Shown: one piece after another, positions 1-12,112 of the stretch | Layout of the letters: every line of letters begins with the position of its first letter | How positions within the stretch are numbered: position 1 is the stretch's first letter | Origin: Octopus vulgaris | Taxonomy: Eukaryota | Direction of reading: 5' to 3' | Length of the DNA: 64,000 bases | Assembly (NCBI GenBank): GCA_951406725.2 | Contig: OX597815.1 | Location: forward strand, 64,728,001-64,792,000 | Notes under the pieces: model-generated | Database searches by the model: none | The model's input: only the letters and a program-made list of their open reading frames with translations | What the model was told of the DNA's origin: nothing | Translations under genes and position numbers: made by a program

Positions 1-289
1 CGTTCTTCCTGACTATCAATGGAAGTGGGTTGATTACCTTCCAATGGCTGACTTTCTAGTGCTAGTCTGCGTTGAATCAGACATTTCAACATATGAAGAA
101 ATTCGGTGAGTCGGCTACTAAATTACGATGATAGATATGCATACAAGGGGGTGAAGAAGAGAGGGGGAGAGAAAGGAGGAAAAGAAAAGAAAGATATGTA
201 AAATAAGATATTGGGAAGTGAGTAGTTTGTTATATCTGACAATATAGCAGCGAAAATTCTAGTACCGTGGACCGCTTCTTAGCGTAACG

Positions 290-379
<90 letters not shown>

Positions 380-380
380 T

Positions 381-411
<31 letters not shown>

Positions 412-2772
412 GCATATATATATGTGTGTGTGTGTATGCACGTACATGCATACATGTAAAGTAATTGTTGCATTCCTATACATACATATGTATAAAATAT
501 TGATTCGTCGTTTATGACACTATCACAAATAAAGACAAATATACGATTTGGCACTGTTTAGTAATAGAGAAGAATTGAGCTTCTCTTTGATAGGCCTTCG
601 TACGTTGGCGAATAATGGAAAACCGGAATGTGTTAGCTGAATGAGGCTGGTATCTAGTTTCAGCTTTCTCTGGTTACTTATTGAAGGAATATCTGAACGA
701 TAAATAGATGGAAAGAGTCGTGAATAGAATATATTGTCAAAATATGTCATATAAAGCAAAGGTTTCTAATGTACAACCAGCGGCAGCGTTTAGTCCGACT
801 CGTGGCTTCATGTCATATTTGTTTTTTGTTGTTGATTTTTTTTTTTACAGCCCAGGTTATTTTAATTGCATATCTCTCTGTAAAACCGCACTCCTCGCTG
901 TAAAACAATGAAACAAAAACCTCGACACTTTAACGAAAATGTGAGTGCGTAATCTTTATGCATTTCTAAAAGGCGTTTCTTGAGTCAGGAATCGAAACCG
1001 GTTCGAAAGCTCGAACTTATCTCAAATAATACAATTCAGTGTTGTTTCTTTTTGGCTAGAGGTAAAAAAAATACCTAGTATATTAAGAGACAAAATAAAT
1101 GGGACTTGTTAGCATTCATGCTTTGCCAAAACTTTTAAAGACTGAGAGAATAGAATTGGTTTCTTCTGGAACTGAAACAATACCATGGTTTCTATTGCCT
1201 GGAGCTTTCCCTCAACTCTGTATCACTCACTGGTGTTGATGATATTCTTCTAAAAACTCTTATTGACTTTGAGACTCCCATAGGATTCCAACTGACAACA
1301 GATGAATCGACCTTCGAGGGAATTGGAATCTTTGCCAAATTCTACTTTGACGTCGAAAGTCGGTGAATCTTTGTTTCGTTGTTGGTTCTTCCTTAATTTT
1401 ATTGTAGTTTTAATCCGAGGAGTTTAATACTTACATTTAAATGGCTGAAAAGACAAGCCTTTAACTATTTGGCAATAAGCAATGGGAGATTCATGCGAAT
1501 ATTAACATAACGGTTTCGGTATCACCATTCCGACAATTCACACAATAAGAATACTTATAGAAACACGACAAATACTCACAAACATCAATTACACAGCTAC
1601 AACATCAATAACTACTCTGGCTTCTATAAAATTCTCTACTAAACTGCCACCTCTCTTATAAGAAGATTACAGCTGTCCAAAAGCTCTGAGCTCGACATTT
1701 TCATTACTGCTATAATCATCAATGTCGGATATCCAAAAACAGACTGGACAACTTCTTCAACTCAAGCCATGAAACAAAATATCTCTTAATGAAGTGTGCA
1801 ATGAGATACCAGGCCATGCGAAACATATCAGAAGGAAATGAACTTGTGAAGGGCCCCACGGAAATTTCTTTTGTTTCCCTCCATTCTCTTTATATTATAG
1901 AGTTTGTTGGGTTCTCAGAGGCAATAACACCTCGTCACTAGATGGACGCAAGAAGGCAACGGTTTTGAGGGAAATCAAGGCAACGCGAAAATATAGATTA
2001 TTTTTCTTACAAAGAAAAATAATCTATACTTCAGCATTACAAGATATCTCTCGGTTGTAAAATAGGGGAGGGGTAATAGAAGTAGACACCAAAGTAGGAT
2101 AATTATACATATTTCCACCAGAGCTGACAACATCAGAGCTGAACACACTTCAAAACAAAAAAAAAACAAAATACAGTTAATTACACAGTCTTAGATAATT
2201 AGAGCGATTTATCGCTATTTATAGTTGACTAGGCTTGGCCCTCTAGAGTTTAGTGTTCATTTTCCATGGATACAGCACAGTACCCGTGACTGGATACGAA
2301 ATGCGGTGCTTTGACTGGATGACTGGATGACTAGCTGGAAGGATGAATAGTTGGATGGCTGAATAAAGGCCGGCTGGAAGGCCGGCTGGATGATAGGTTG
2401 GTAGGTTGGTTGGTTGGGTGGTTGGTCGGCGTCCAATTGATTCATGCAACTCTCACCCTAACCCTTTGCTCATGAATTCATGAATACTAAGAAGTACAAA
2501 GAAACACCATATCTTTATGTGTGTGTATATAAGTATATATATATATATATATATCTATATATAAACATATATATACACACACATACACACACACATATAC
2601 AGATATAAGCACATATATACATAAATTTGTGTGTGTAGGTAACTATGTATATACGTATGTATGTGAAGTAATGTATGCTTAGTCATGAAACTAAATAGTG
2701 TGCAAATCCTAAAAGTACTTCTCACATTTGAAAGAAGAGTCTCTTATGATACACACACATACACACACACAC

Positions 2773-2808
<36 letters not shown>

Positions 2809-3877
2809 ATTTCATATAGGTCTTAAACTTTGGAGTTTGTTTAAGCGCGGTCACGGACATCAGGTATAAAATATATATTCGTATATATCTATTTATCCAT
2901 GTACACGTACATAGTTTTGGGTTCAGTCTCATTGCGCGGCAACTTGGGTAAATGTTCTACGATAACCCCGGGTTGATCAATACCTCGTGAATGGATTCGG
3001 TAGACGAATACAATGTGGAAGCCTGTTTTGTACATATGTGTTTATGTACGTGTGTATGTATGTATGTATGTATGTATGTATGTATGTATGTATGTATGTA
3101 TGTATGTATGTGCTTTTGTGCTTGTTGTTGTGCTCCATAATCGTTTGACAATTGGTGTTGGTTTGTTTACGTTTCCATAACTTAGCAGTTCATCAAAAGA
3201 GGACTGATAAGTACCAGGTATAAGCAAATAAGTACTCGCGAGTCGAACTTTTCGAATAAACCCTTCAGGGCAGTGCCCCAGCATAGCCGCAGTCCATTGA
3301 CTGAAACAAGTTTAAGATAAAAGATAAGTGGGTCTACTTGTGTGTACGTGACGATATATATACGTCACATTTACATTGATATATAATGGTCAGTCTAGGA
3401 TGAGATTGGGGGAACAAATTTGAACAAGGGGAAAGGGCAGAATGACTTATTAGAAAGAATAGGGTACTGAGACACAGCACGATTTCATACACACAAATTC
3501 GACAGTAACACATACATGTACAGAGACAAATATACCTATACACTTATAAACAATATGTATATACACACATACATATGCAGCTCAGACGCACAAGCACACA
3601 CTCAAAAGGATACATATAAACATACACGTTACAAGCACATATACACACACACACGTGTATACTCAAAAATATAAATACAAATATACATAAAAGTTACACA
3701 TATGTGCATACATGTCCATTGACACATATGTTCATTCACAGAGATATGTATATATATAACTATAAAGAAGGGTGTCTGAGAGACACCACCATGCAGAAAT
3801 AGCAGTCAAATCCCTGACTCTAAAAACCACCTTAAATGTTCATATCGTACCATGGGACAAAACAGACTAGCAAAAAG

Positions 3878-3916
<39 letters not shown>

Positions 3917-3943
3917 GATGAAATGTGTAATATACTTTATTGG

Positions 3944-3985
3944 ATACAACACATGTTTCGACCCGTTATGGGTCTCCTCAGGTAC
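3944..3985 (-). ncRNA. Minimal type I hammerhead ribozyme (Penelope-like terminal fragment)
   Basis: Reverse complement reads GUAC-CUGAGGA-GACCC-AUAAC-GGGUC-GAAAC-AUGU-GUU^GUAU with all core nucleotides present. It lies in a ~195-bp island (3911-4106) between (TA)n runs. Confidence 0.7.
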
Positions 3986-4399
3986 ATTAATAAAAGTCTG
4001 ACTAGAGATTTCTTGAGTCAGCTTACGTACTGCTATATGTCCATCAAATTCTCGAATTCTACGGATAACAACAGGTAATCGAAAATGTGCTGGTACTTTA
4101 CTTATGTATATATATATATATATATATACGTACATAAATATTGTTCAGCTTTATTTCAAGATTTCTTACCAATAGAGAAAGAGCCGGTTTCTCATCTAGA
4201 TCCACTGTTCCTTCATTGGAATTTCAACATCAACAACAGGGTTTTTGTTTGTATGTATGTATGTATGTATGTATGTATGTATGTATGTATATATGTATGT
4301 ATGTATATTTGTTTTGTTTTATGTATGTATTCTCATGCATATAGTTGCATGTCTATACATGCTCATATTTACTTAAATGACAAATTTCTGTAAAGTTTT

Positions 4400-4955
4400 A
4401 CAGATTTGTACAGTTCCGGTAATGGATCGGATCTGTAGTCTTCGAATTACTTTTCTCCTTTCTGGTTTTGAGCCTCATTTCTCAACATTGGTATTTAGGC
4501 AATGTGTTACATATCCCAGTGACCCAATAATTACAGGAATAAATCTGAACTTGTAATTTGGATAGATTAACTGCAGATTTCTCAATAGTTCAGTGTAGGT
4601 TTTTATTTTTTCACTGATCTTCAGCTTTATGTTAACATCCGCTGGGCAGCTAATTTTCACGATTGTACAATTGGACACAGTTTCTCTCCTCTATCCCACA
4701 TCATTAAATCAGGTCTCTGGTGTTTACATGTTATTGAAGTCTTCAATGGGACATTCACCAGTACACCTTTTTAGTATGAGTTGCTATGGCTTCTACCATA
4801 TGAGTTCTTATTTCATTGGGGTTATCCTTCCGATGGATTTCCTTATAGAGTGTCCTAGATACAGCATCATGTCTCATCGGTAGATAATACCGTGATAGTA
4901 TTTTCAGATATCTGCTTATGTTAACAGCACAAAGTCTGCATCGGTTGCCACATGT
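4400..4955 (-). pseudogene. 3' fragment of a restriction-like-endonuclease non-LTR retrotransposon (CRE/NeSL/R4-like)
   Basis: Frameshifted motifs CRLC, RHDAV, SCPADVNI..EKIKTY..L..IPVIIGSLG in ORFs 4755-5132 and 4475-4678. Confidence 0.7.
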
Positions 4956-5200
4956 TACTGCTTTTCCTGCATCTATATCCCTATGTATGTATGTATGTAT
5001 GTATGCATGTATGTATGTGTGTATTATGTAAGTATGTATATGTGTGTGTGTGTGTGTGTCTGTTTGTGCGCGTGCGCGTGTGTACTTGTATGTATACCTT
5101 ACCAACGAACGGGAAGAATGAGCACCTAACACCAGAAAGGTCTTCTTGTTTCACACTTCCTTCAGCGCTGAATTCTGAATTCTATCTTGAAATATGCTAA

Positions 5201-5300
5201 NNNNNNNNNNNNNNNNNNNNNNNNNNNNNNNNNNNNNNNNNNNNNNNNNNNNNNNNNNNNNNNNNNNNNNNNNNNNNNNNNNNNNNNNNNNNNNNNNNNN
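5201..5300. other. Assembly gap (100 N)
   Basis: Run of N. Confidence 1.
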
Positions 5301-5868
5301 CTGCTGTCTACAGGAAGCCTTTGGTTCCAAAGAAGTAGCAAATACTGTATCAAAAAGTAGTATATGAATATGTATAGTATAATACACACACACACACACA
5401 AACGCGCGCACACACACACACATACACATGCAAACACAAACACACACTCATACACACACACACATACACACACACACATTATTCTTGTTAGCTAACGCAC
5501 ATTCACGTTTGCTTGTGTGATGAAACTCTTCTAATCTACGCACTGTAACAGATCGTATATTCTACTATATGCCATACTTTGTTGTACTTAATATATATTG
5601 TAACCTATATCCTTAAGTATTGCATTGATTTACTTCACTGATTTTTATTACTTATTTCACACTCACACACACAACATTTACTTATTCGTTTTTGATATCG
5701 TCCCCATTTTTTATGTACATATGATATCTGCCCTCGATCTTCTCGACGCCTAGACGCAATTGAATACATTTCATAACTGGTTAACTCTATGGTTCTGATT
5801 TAAATATATCGACAAGAAATCCGTCCGATGTAGAGATGTTTTGTTATGTATGCCTATGAATAAGTTTA

Positions 5869-5956
5869 AGTGTCTTCTACTATAACCTTGGGCCGACCAA
5901 AGCCTTGTGAGTGGATTTGGTAGACGGAAACTGAAAGAAGCCCGTCGTATATATTC

Positions 5957-6004
<48 letters not shown>

Positions 6005-6180
6005 CTGTCTGTCTGTCTGTGTCTGTGTGTCTGTACGTTTGTGTGTCTGTATTTGTCCTCCCAACATCGCTTGACAACCGATGCTGGTGTGTTACGTCCC
6101 CGTAACTTAGCGGTTCGGCAAAAGAGACCGATAGAATAAGTACTAGGCTTAAAAAGAATAAGTCCTGGGGTCGATTTGTT
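5869..6180 (+). mobile_element. Octopus-type tRNA-derived SINE, family A (5'-truncated; internal (TG)n)
   Basis: GTGTCTTCTACTATA..GGATTTGGTAGACGGAAACTGAAAGAAGCCCGTC..CGTAACTTAGCGGTTCGGCAAAAGAGACCGATAGAATAAGTAC. Related copies at ~2925-3320(+), 8800-9010(+), 13936-14030(+), 16170-16345(-), 17570-17790(+), 20233-20400(+), 32030-32170(+), 32725-32900(-). Confidence 0.8.
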
Positions 6181-6785
6181 TGTATGTATGTATGTATGCA
6201 TATGTGCATGTATGTATTTAGGTATGCATGCCTTCGCATGTGCACATATTCGAACACATTTCTCGTTTTCTTTCACTTTTTTTCTTCTCTTCTTCCTTGT
6301 AGCAACGACAATTTGTTTTACAACTAATTATCTTTCTCCAATTTTTTCGTTCGACTATTCTGACGTATTGAAAAACTAAAGACATGTCTATACAGTAAGT
6401 GTACCTCCTCATGCACACTGCATGTGTTTCTACGAAAGCATATTTGTATGTGTAAGCTTGTGTATATATATATATATACGTGTGCGCGCGCACGCGAATG
6501 TATGTACCTGTATGTAGGTGGGCCTGCGTGTGAATATGTAATGTATATGCACACAAAGGACTGAAATAAACGTATATGTGTATAGAGTTTATTTTTAAAG
6601 TCTTTTTTTCATTTTGGTTTCTTATTCCCTCTTTCCTTTTCAGTATTACTTCTATCTGACGTTTTCCACATATCACATTTATGCCCCTTGACACATTCTT
6701 TCGCTAATTATTTTCGAAATTTCAAAAACGCGTCGTATGCATATTACGCGTATACGCGCTATTGTTTGACAAATATCTAGTAATT

Positions 6786-6833
<48 letters not shown>

Positions 6834-6949
6834 CAATGCAATACCGTAAAAGTGTTTGAGTTTTCTAATTATCAAAGTCATCATTACAATACCTTTTAGA
6901 ATATTCTACCAGTTTCCATGCCAAATGTATAAAAATATCTCACAAAGAA

Positions 6950-7003
<54 letters not shown>

Positions 7004-7007
7004 GTAA

Positions 7008-7087
<80 letters not shown>

Positions 7088-7304
7088 ATGTATGGTGGTG
7101 ATGATGGTGGTGGTGGATCTGCCTTTTTCTTAATGCATGATAGTGTTGAAGAATTTTTGATAATTGAGATTACCTGACCTTTTCATTTGGAGTTGATCCC
7201 AATTGCCACCAATATATTGTTCCATCTGCATGATCTGAATTTGACAAGCGCCATGCACGAAGCCTTCAGCTTTTGAGCTACTTTTGTAAATTGTCAACCA
7301 ATAT

Positions 7305-7361
<57 letters not shown>

Positions 7362-8715
7362 CATATGCATACACATATATATACATGTACGTTTACATAT
7401 ACACATTTCATGTATATATGTATAATCTCTATATATAAAACTGTTATATATAAAATTAAAAGTATATAAAATATATGAAACCATTTAACCTTTACTATAT
7501 ATGTGTGTGTATGTCAATTTATATATATTTATTTATGTACATACATACATACATACATACATACATACATACAAACATACAAACATACATACATACATAC
7601 ATACATACATACATACATACATACATACATACATACATACATACGTACGTACATGCATATCTACATACATACATGCATACATATATACTTGCATATATTA
7701 GAGAGTGAGAGAAAGAAGAAAGAAAAAAAGAAAGAAAGGGAGAAAGAAAGAAAGAAATAAAGAAATATTTGCATTTTTGCTACTAGTAAAAAATAGTTTT
7801 TAATGTTACATATTATTTCAGCAATATTCTAAGTTATAAATGAAGGAAAACGTATGGGAATTTATTTATTCATTATGTCAATAACTAATAAAATAGCGGG
7901 CTGGTGCCTTGGTTTGTCACGAAATCTGCTATAGATATTAGAATATTAATAAAATTTTAAGTGACGATAATGTTGCTAGCGTCGCACTGAGAAAGTACAG
8001 CAAAGTTTTCTTAAACATATACACACTCATAAACAAAGATGTGTGTTCGTGTATATATTTGTGTGCATGTATACGTATGTAACACTTATGTATCACGCTC
8101 TCTCCCCCCTCTCTCTCTCTCTCTTTCTCTCTCTATATAAATACTGACCGACGAAATGCTAGTAGTTTAATACTAAATTGTCTACTAAAACAACCAAAAA
8201 TGTGGGTGCGCGCGCCTGCATGTGTGTTTGCGTGATAAAACAATAGCAATAAAAACTGGTGGGGGTCGGCATGTTAGATTCATTAGTCTGGGCTTCTTCT
8301 GACTGACGAGACACAACAATGTCGAAACCCTAGCTGTTTTTAACCCTTCTGCTAACGAAGCGAGTGCGTTATAAACAGATATTCGTCGAATTGAAATTGT
8401 TCTCCTGAGAGGAAACACAAACAGTAATTACTATATTCACGTACAAATCTACCGGAACACATTTAAAACAAATATGCAAGGCATACTTTTGATCCCTGCA
8501 GTTCACTGATTATTAATTATATGAATGTTATGGCGCAACCCTGTAAAAGATGTTATTTTAAGATGTACAAGTATTTTTTTAATTGTATAACACCATTGTT
8601 TTAACATATCAATATATTCTAACAGCTTGTTGTTTGCATACATATAAATCTAATATGGCAACACTAAAAAACCAAAATGCCATTGTAAAAACTTTATACA
8701 TATTTTATATTCATT

Positions 8716-8792
<77 letters not shown>

Positions 8793-9544
8793 ATATGTGT
8801 ATTTTTGTGTGTCTGTGTTTGTCCCCCCACCACCACCACCACTATCGCTTGACAACCGATGGTGGTGTGTTTACGTCCCTGTAACTTAGTGATTCAGCAA
8901 AAGAAGCCGATAGAACAAGTATTAGGCTTACAAAGAATAAGTCCTGGGGTCGATTTGTTCGACTAAATGCAGTGCTCCAGCATGGCGGCAGTCAAATGAC
9001 TGAAACAAATAACAGAATAAAAGAATATAGATATAAAAAATAAAGTGTAAAGTAACCAGAACATAGTCCATTCAAGCCCATTTCTACGCATTAATTTATT
9101 CAATATATTTTTCTTCATTCGAGTATAACCAACCGAAATTGCAAAGATAATATGGAACTCGACTGAGGAAATTGCAAAGGTAATCTTGAACTCCGAATGA
9201 CTCGTCCTTGTCTTCTTTGTATCGTCTATTTGGATGTTTTGTTGTCCCTTTTTTGTATCACCTGTCTGGATATTTTGCGTTCTTGTCCTATTTTGTATTT
9301 CATATATCTCTATATATATATATATATATAGCAATAATAATTCTCTAAAAGGAATATAGACAGTAACTGCTCGACAACATAAGGGACTAAAGCCATCTGA
9401 ATATGGCTAGGGACAGGGCAGGGTGGTGGGGGTGTTACTGTTGCATTTAGCCCCAGGCGAACATCGACGTCACCAGAAAGGCTCGACACCGTCACGGTGC
9501 CCTAAACCTGCAAAGGGAGGTAATTCCCGATGAAGCGGAAACCA

Positions 9545-9590
9545 CACACGGACCATGGTTTCAAGGTGTATTGCCTATCATCGGCGTGTG
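9545..9590 (-). ncRNA. Type I hammerhead ribozyme (retrozyme unit, minus arm)
   Basis: Reverse complement reads CACACG-CCGAUGA-U-AGG-CAAUACA-CCU-U-GAAA-CCAUGG-UC^CGUGUG; predicted cut between 9551 and 9550. Confidence 0.8.
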
Positions 9591-9904
9591 GTAGGCCTCC
9601 GCTTCCTCGACGAATTCTCTCTCTGCAGGATTTTCTTATATAGATTTTCAAGCAAAATACATTTGCTGATTTCGAAAATCTGTTCGAAAGCAATAATAAT
9701 TCTCTAAAAGGAATATAGACAGTAACTGCTCGACAACATAAGGGACTAAAGCCATCTGAATATGGCTAGGGACAGGGCAGGGTGGTGGGGTGTTACTGTT
9801 GCATTTAGCCCCCAGGCGAACATCGACGTCACCAGAAAGGCTCGACACCGTCACGGTGCCCTAAACCTGCAAAGGGAGGTAATTCCCCGATGAAGCGGAA
9901 ACCA

Positions 9905-10220
9905 TGATTTGGGGGAAATTTGGCTGCTATTTCTACCAGGTCTAGCTGCCATGTAGGGGTCTCCCTCATAGGCTCATACATACATATATACATAGATAAG
10001 ACAGTAAGGTGTGATTTGGGGGAAATTTGGCTGCTATTTCTACCAGGTCTAGCTGCCATGTAGGGGTCTGCCCTCATAGGCTCATACATACATATATACA
10101 TAGATAAGACAGTAAGGTGTGATTTGGGGGAAATTTGGCTGCTATTTCTACCAGGTCTAGCTACCATGTAGAGGTCCCCCTCATTGGCTCATATATATAT
10201 ACATACATAAGACAGTAAGG
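9905..10220. repeat. Three tandem copies of a 107-108-bp unit inside the retrozyme array
   Basis: TGATTTGGGGGAAATTTGGCTGCTATTTCTACCAGGTCTAGCT... begins at 9905, 10012 and 10120. Confidence 0.9.
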
Positions 10221-10816
10221 ATTTTTTATATAGATTTTCAAGCAAAATTTGGCTGCTGATTTCTACCAGGTCTGTTAGGCCTTCTCATGTAAACTCAAGC
10301 TTTCTCATGCCTTCAACATATGACCAAGCCAGCATGGCTAGGACGGGAGAATGTATTCTTTTATTCTTCTGCTTTTTCCAGGCCATCGACGTCTGTGGCC
10401 ATGACTGGGGCAATGCCTTGAAGAATTGTAGGTTTAATGAATCACACGGACCATGGTTTTAGGTTTTGTAAGCATGTGTACTTATTCTATCGAATTGTTT
10501 CCTCTGTCAAACCACTAGGTGACAGCAAAATACATTTGGATTTCGAAAATCTGTTCAAACCAACATTCGTTGTCATATAGACAGTAACTGCTCGACAACA
10601 TAAGGGACTAAAGCCATCTGAATATGGCTAGGGACAGGGCAGGGTGGTGGGGGTGTTACTGTTGCATTTAGCCCCAGGCGAACATCGACGTCACCAGAAA
10701 GGCTCGACACCGTGACGGTGCCCTAAACCTGCAAAGGGAGGTAATTCCCCGATGAAGCGGAAACCACACACGGACCATCTGCAGAGAGAGAATTCGTCGA
10801 GGAAGCGGAGGCCTAC

Positions 10817-10862
10817 CACACGCCGATGATAGGCAATACACCTTGAAACCATGGTCCGTGTG
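10817..10862 (+). ncRNA. Type I hammerhead ribozyme (retrozyme unit 1, plus arm)
   Basis: Stem I CACACG(10817-22)/CGTGTG(10857-62); core CCGATGA 10823-29; stem II AGG/CCT with loop CAATACA; GAAA 10845-48; palindromic stem III ACCATGGT; GUC cut after 10856; distal stem I GAAGCGGA(10802-09)/TCCGCTTC(10868-75). Confidence 0.8.
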
Positions 10863-11176
10863 TGGTTTCCGCTTCATCGGGGAATTACCTCCCTTTGCAG
10901 GTTTAGGGCACCGTGACGGTGTCGAGCCTTTCTGGTGACGTCGATGTTCGCCTGGGGCTAAATGCAACAGTAACACCCCCACCACCCTGCCCTGTCCCTA
11001 GCCATATTCAGATGGCTTTAGTCCCTTATGTTGTCGAGCAGTTACTGTCTATATTCCTTTTAGAGAATTATTATTGCTTTCGAACAGATTTTCGAAATCA
11101 GCAAATGTATTTTGCTTGAAAATCTATATAAGAAAATCCTGCAGAGAGAGAATTCGTCGAGGAAGCGGAGGCCTAC

Positions 11177-11222
11177 CACACGCCGATGATAGGCAATACA
11201 CCTTGAAACCATGGTCCGTGTG
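11177..11222 (+). ncRNA. Type I hammerhead ribozyme (retrozyme unit 2)
   Basis: Identical to 10817-10862; predicted cut after 11216. Confidence 0.8.
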
Positions 11223-11536
11223 TGGTTTCCGCTTCATCGGGGAATTACCTCCCTTTGCAGGTTTAGGGCACCGTGACGGTGTCGAGCCTTTCTGGTGACG
11301 TCGATGTTCGCCTGGGGCTAAATGCAACAGTAACACCCCCACCACCCTGCCCTGTCCCTAGCCATATTCAGATGGCTTTAGTCCCTTATGTTGTCGAGCA
11401 GTTACTGTCTATATTCCTTTTAGAGAATTATTATTGCTTTCGAACAGATTTTCGAAATCAGCAAATGTATTTTGCTTGAAAATCTATATAAGAAAATCCT
11501 GCAGAGAGAGAATTCGTCGAGGAAGCGGAGGCCTAC

Positions 11537-11582
11537 CACACGCCGATGATAGGCAATACACCTTGAAACCATGGTCCGTGTG
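11537..11582 (+). ncRNA. Type I hammerhead ribozyme (retrozyme unit 3)
   Basis: Identical to 10817-10862; predicted cut after 11576. Confidence 0.8.
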
Positions 11583-11897
11583 TGGTTTCCGCTTCATCGG
11601 GGAATTACCTCCCTTTGCAGGTTTAGGGCACCGTGACGGTGTCGAGCCTTTCTGGTGACGTCGATGTTCGCCTGGGGCTAAATGCAACAGTAACACCCCC
11701 ACCACCCTGCCCTGTCCCTAGCCATATTCAGATGGCTTTAGTCCCTATATGTTGTCGAGCAGTTACTGTCTATATTCCTTTTAGAGAATTATTATTGCTT
11801 TCGAACAGATTTTCGAAATCAGCAAATGTATTTTGCTTGAAAATCTATATAAGAAAATCCTGCAGAGAGAGAATTCGTCGAGGAAGCGGAGGCCTAC

Positions 11898-11943
11898 CAC
11901 ACGCCGATGATAGGCAATACACCTTGAAACCATGGTCCGTGTG
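11898..11943 (+). ncRNA. Type I hammerhead ribozyme (retrozyme unit 4)
   Basis: Identical to 10817-10862, offset +1 by an insertion near 11747; predicted cut after 11937. Confidence 0.8.
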
Positions 11944-12112
11944 TGGTTTCCGCTTCATCGGGGAATTACCTCCCTTTGCAGGTTTAGGGCACCGTGACGG
12001 TGTCGAGCCTTTCTGGTGACGTCGATGTTCGCCTGGGGCTAAATGCAACAGTAACACCCCCACCACCCTGCCCTGTCCCTAGCCATATTCAGATGGCTTT
12101 AGTCCCTTATGT

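Noticed and set aside
8303-8336. CUGACGA-GACA(CAACAA)UGUC-GAAAC hammerhead half
   Set aside because: Core and stem II are present, but no UH site or stems I/III could be formed; at best a decayed remnant.
9520-9570. Antisense-polarity hammerhead CCGAUGA-AGCG-GAAAC..GUU
   Set aside because: It has no stem II and no pairing for stem I. It is treated as the complement of the anti-core, not as a second ribozyme.
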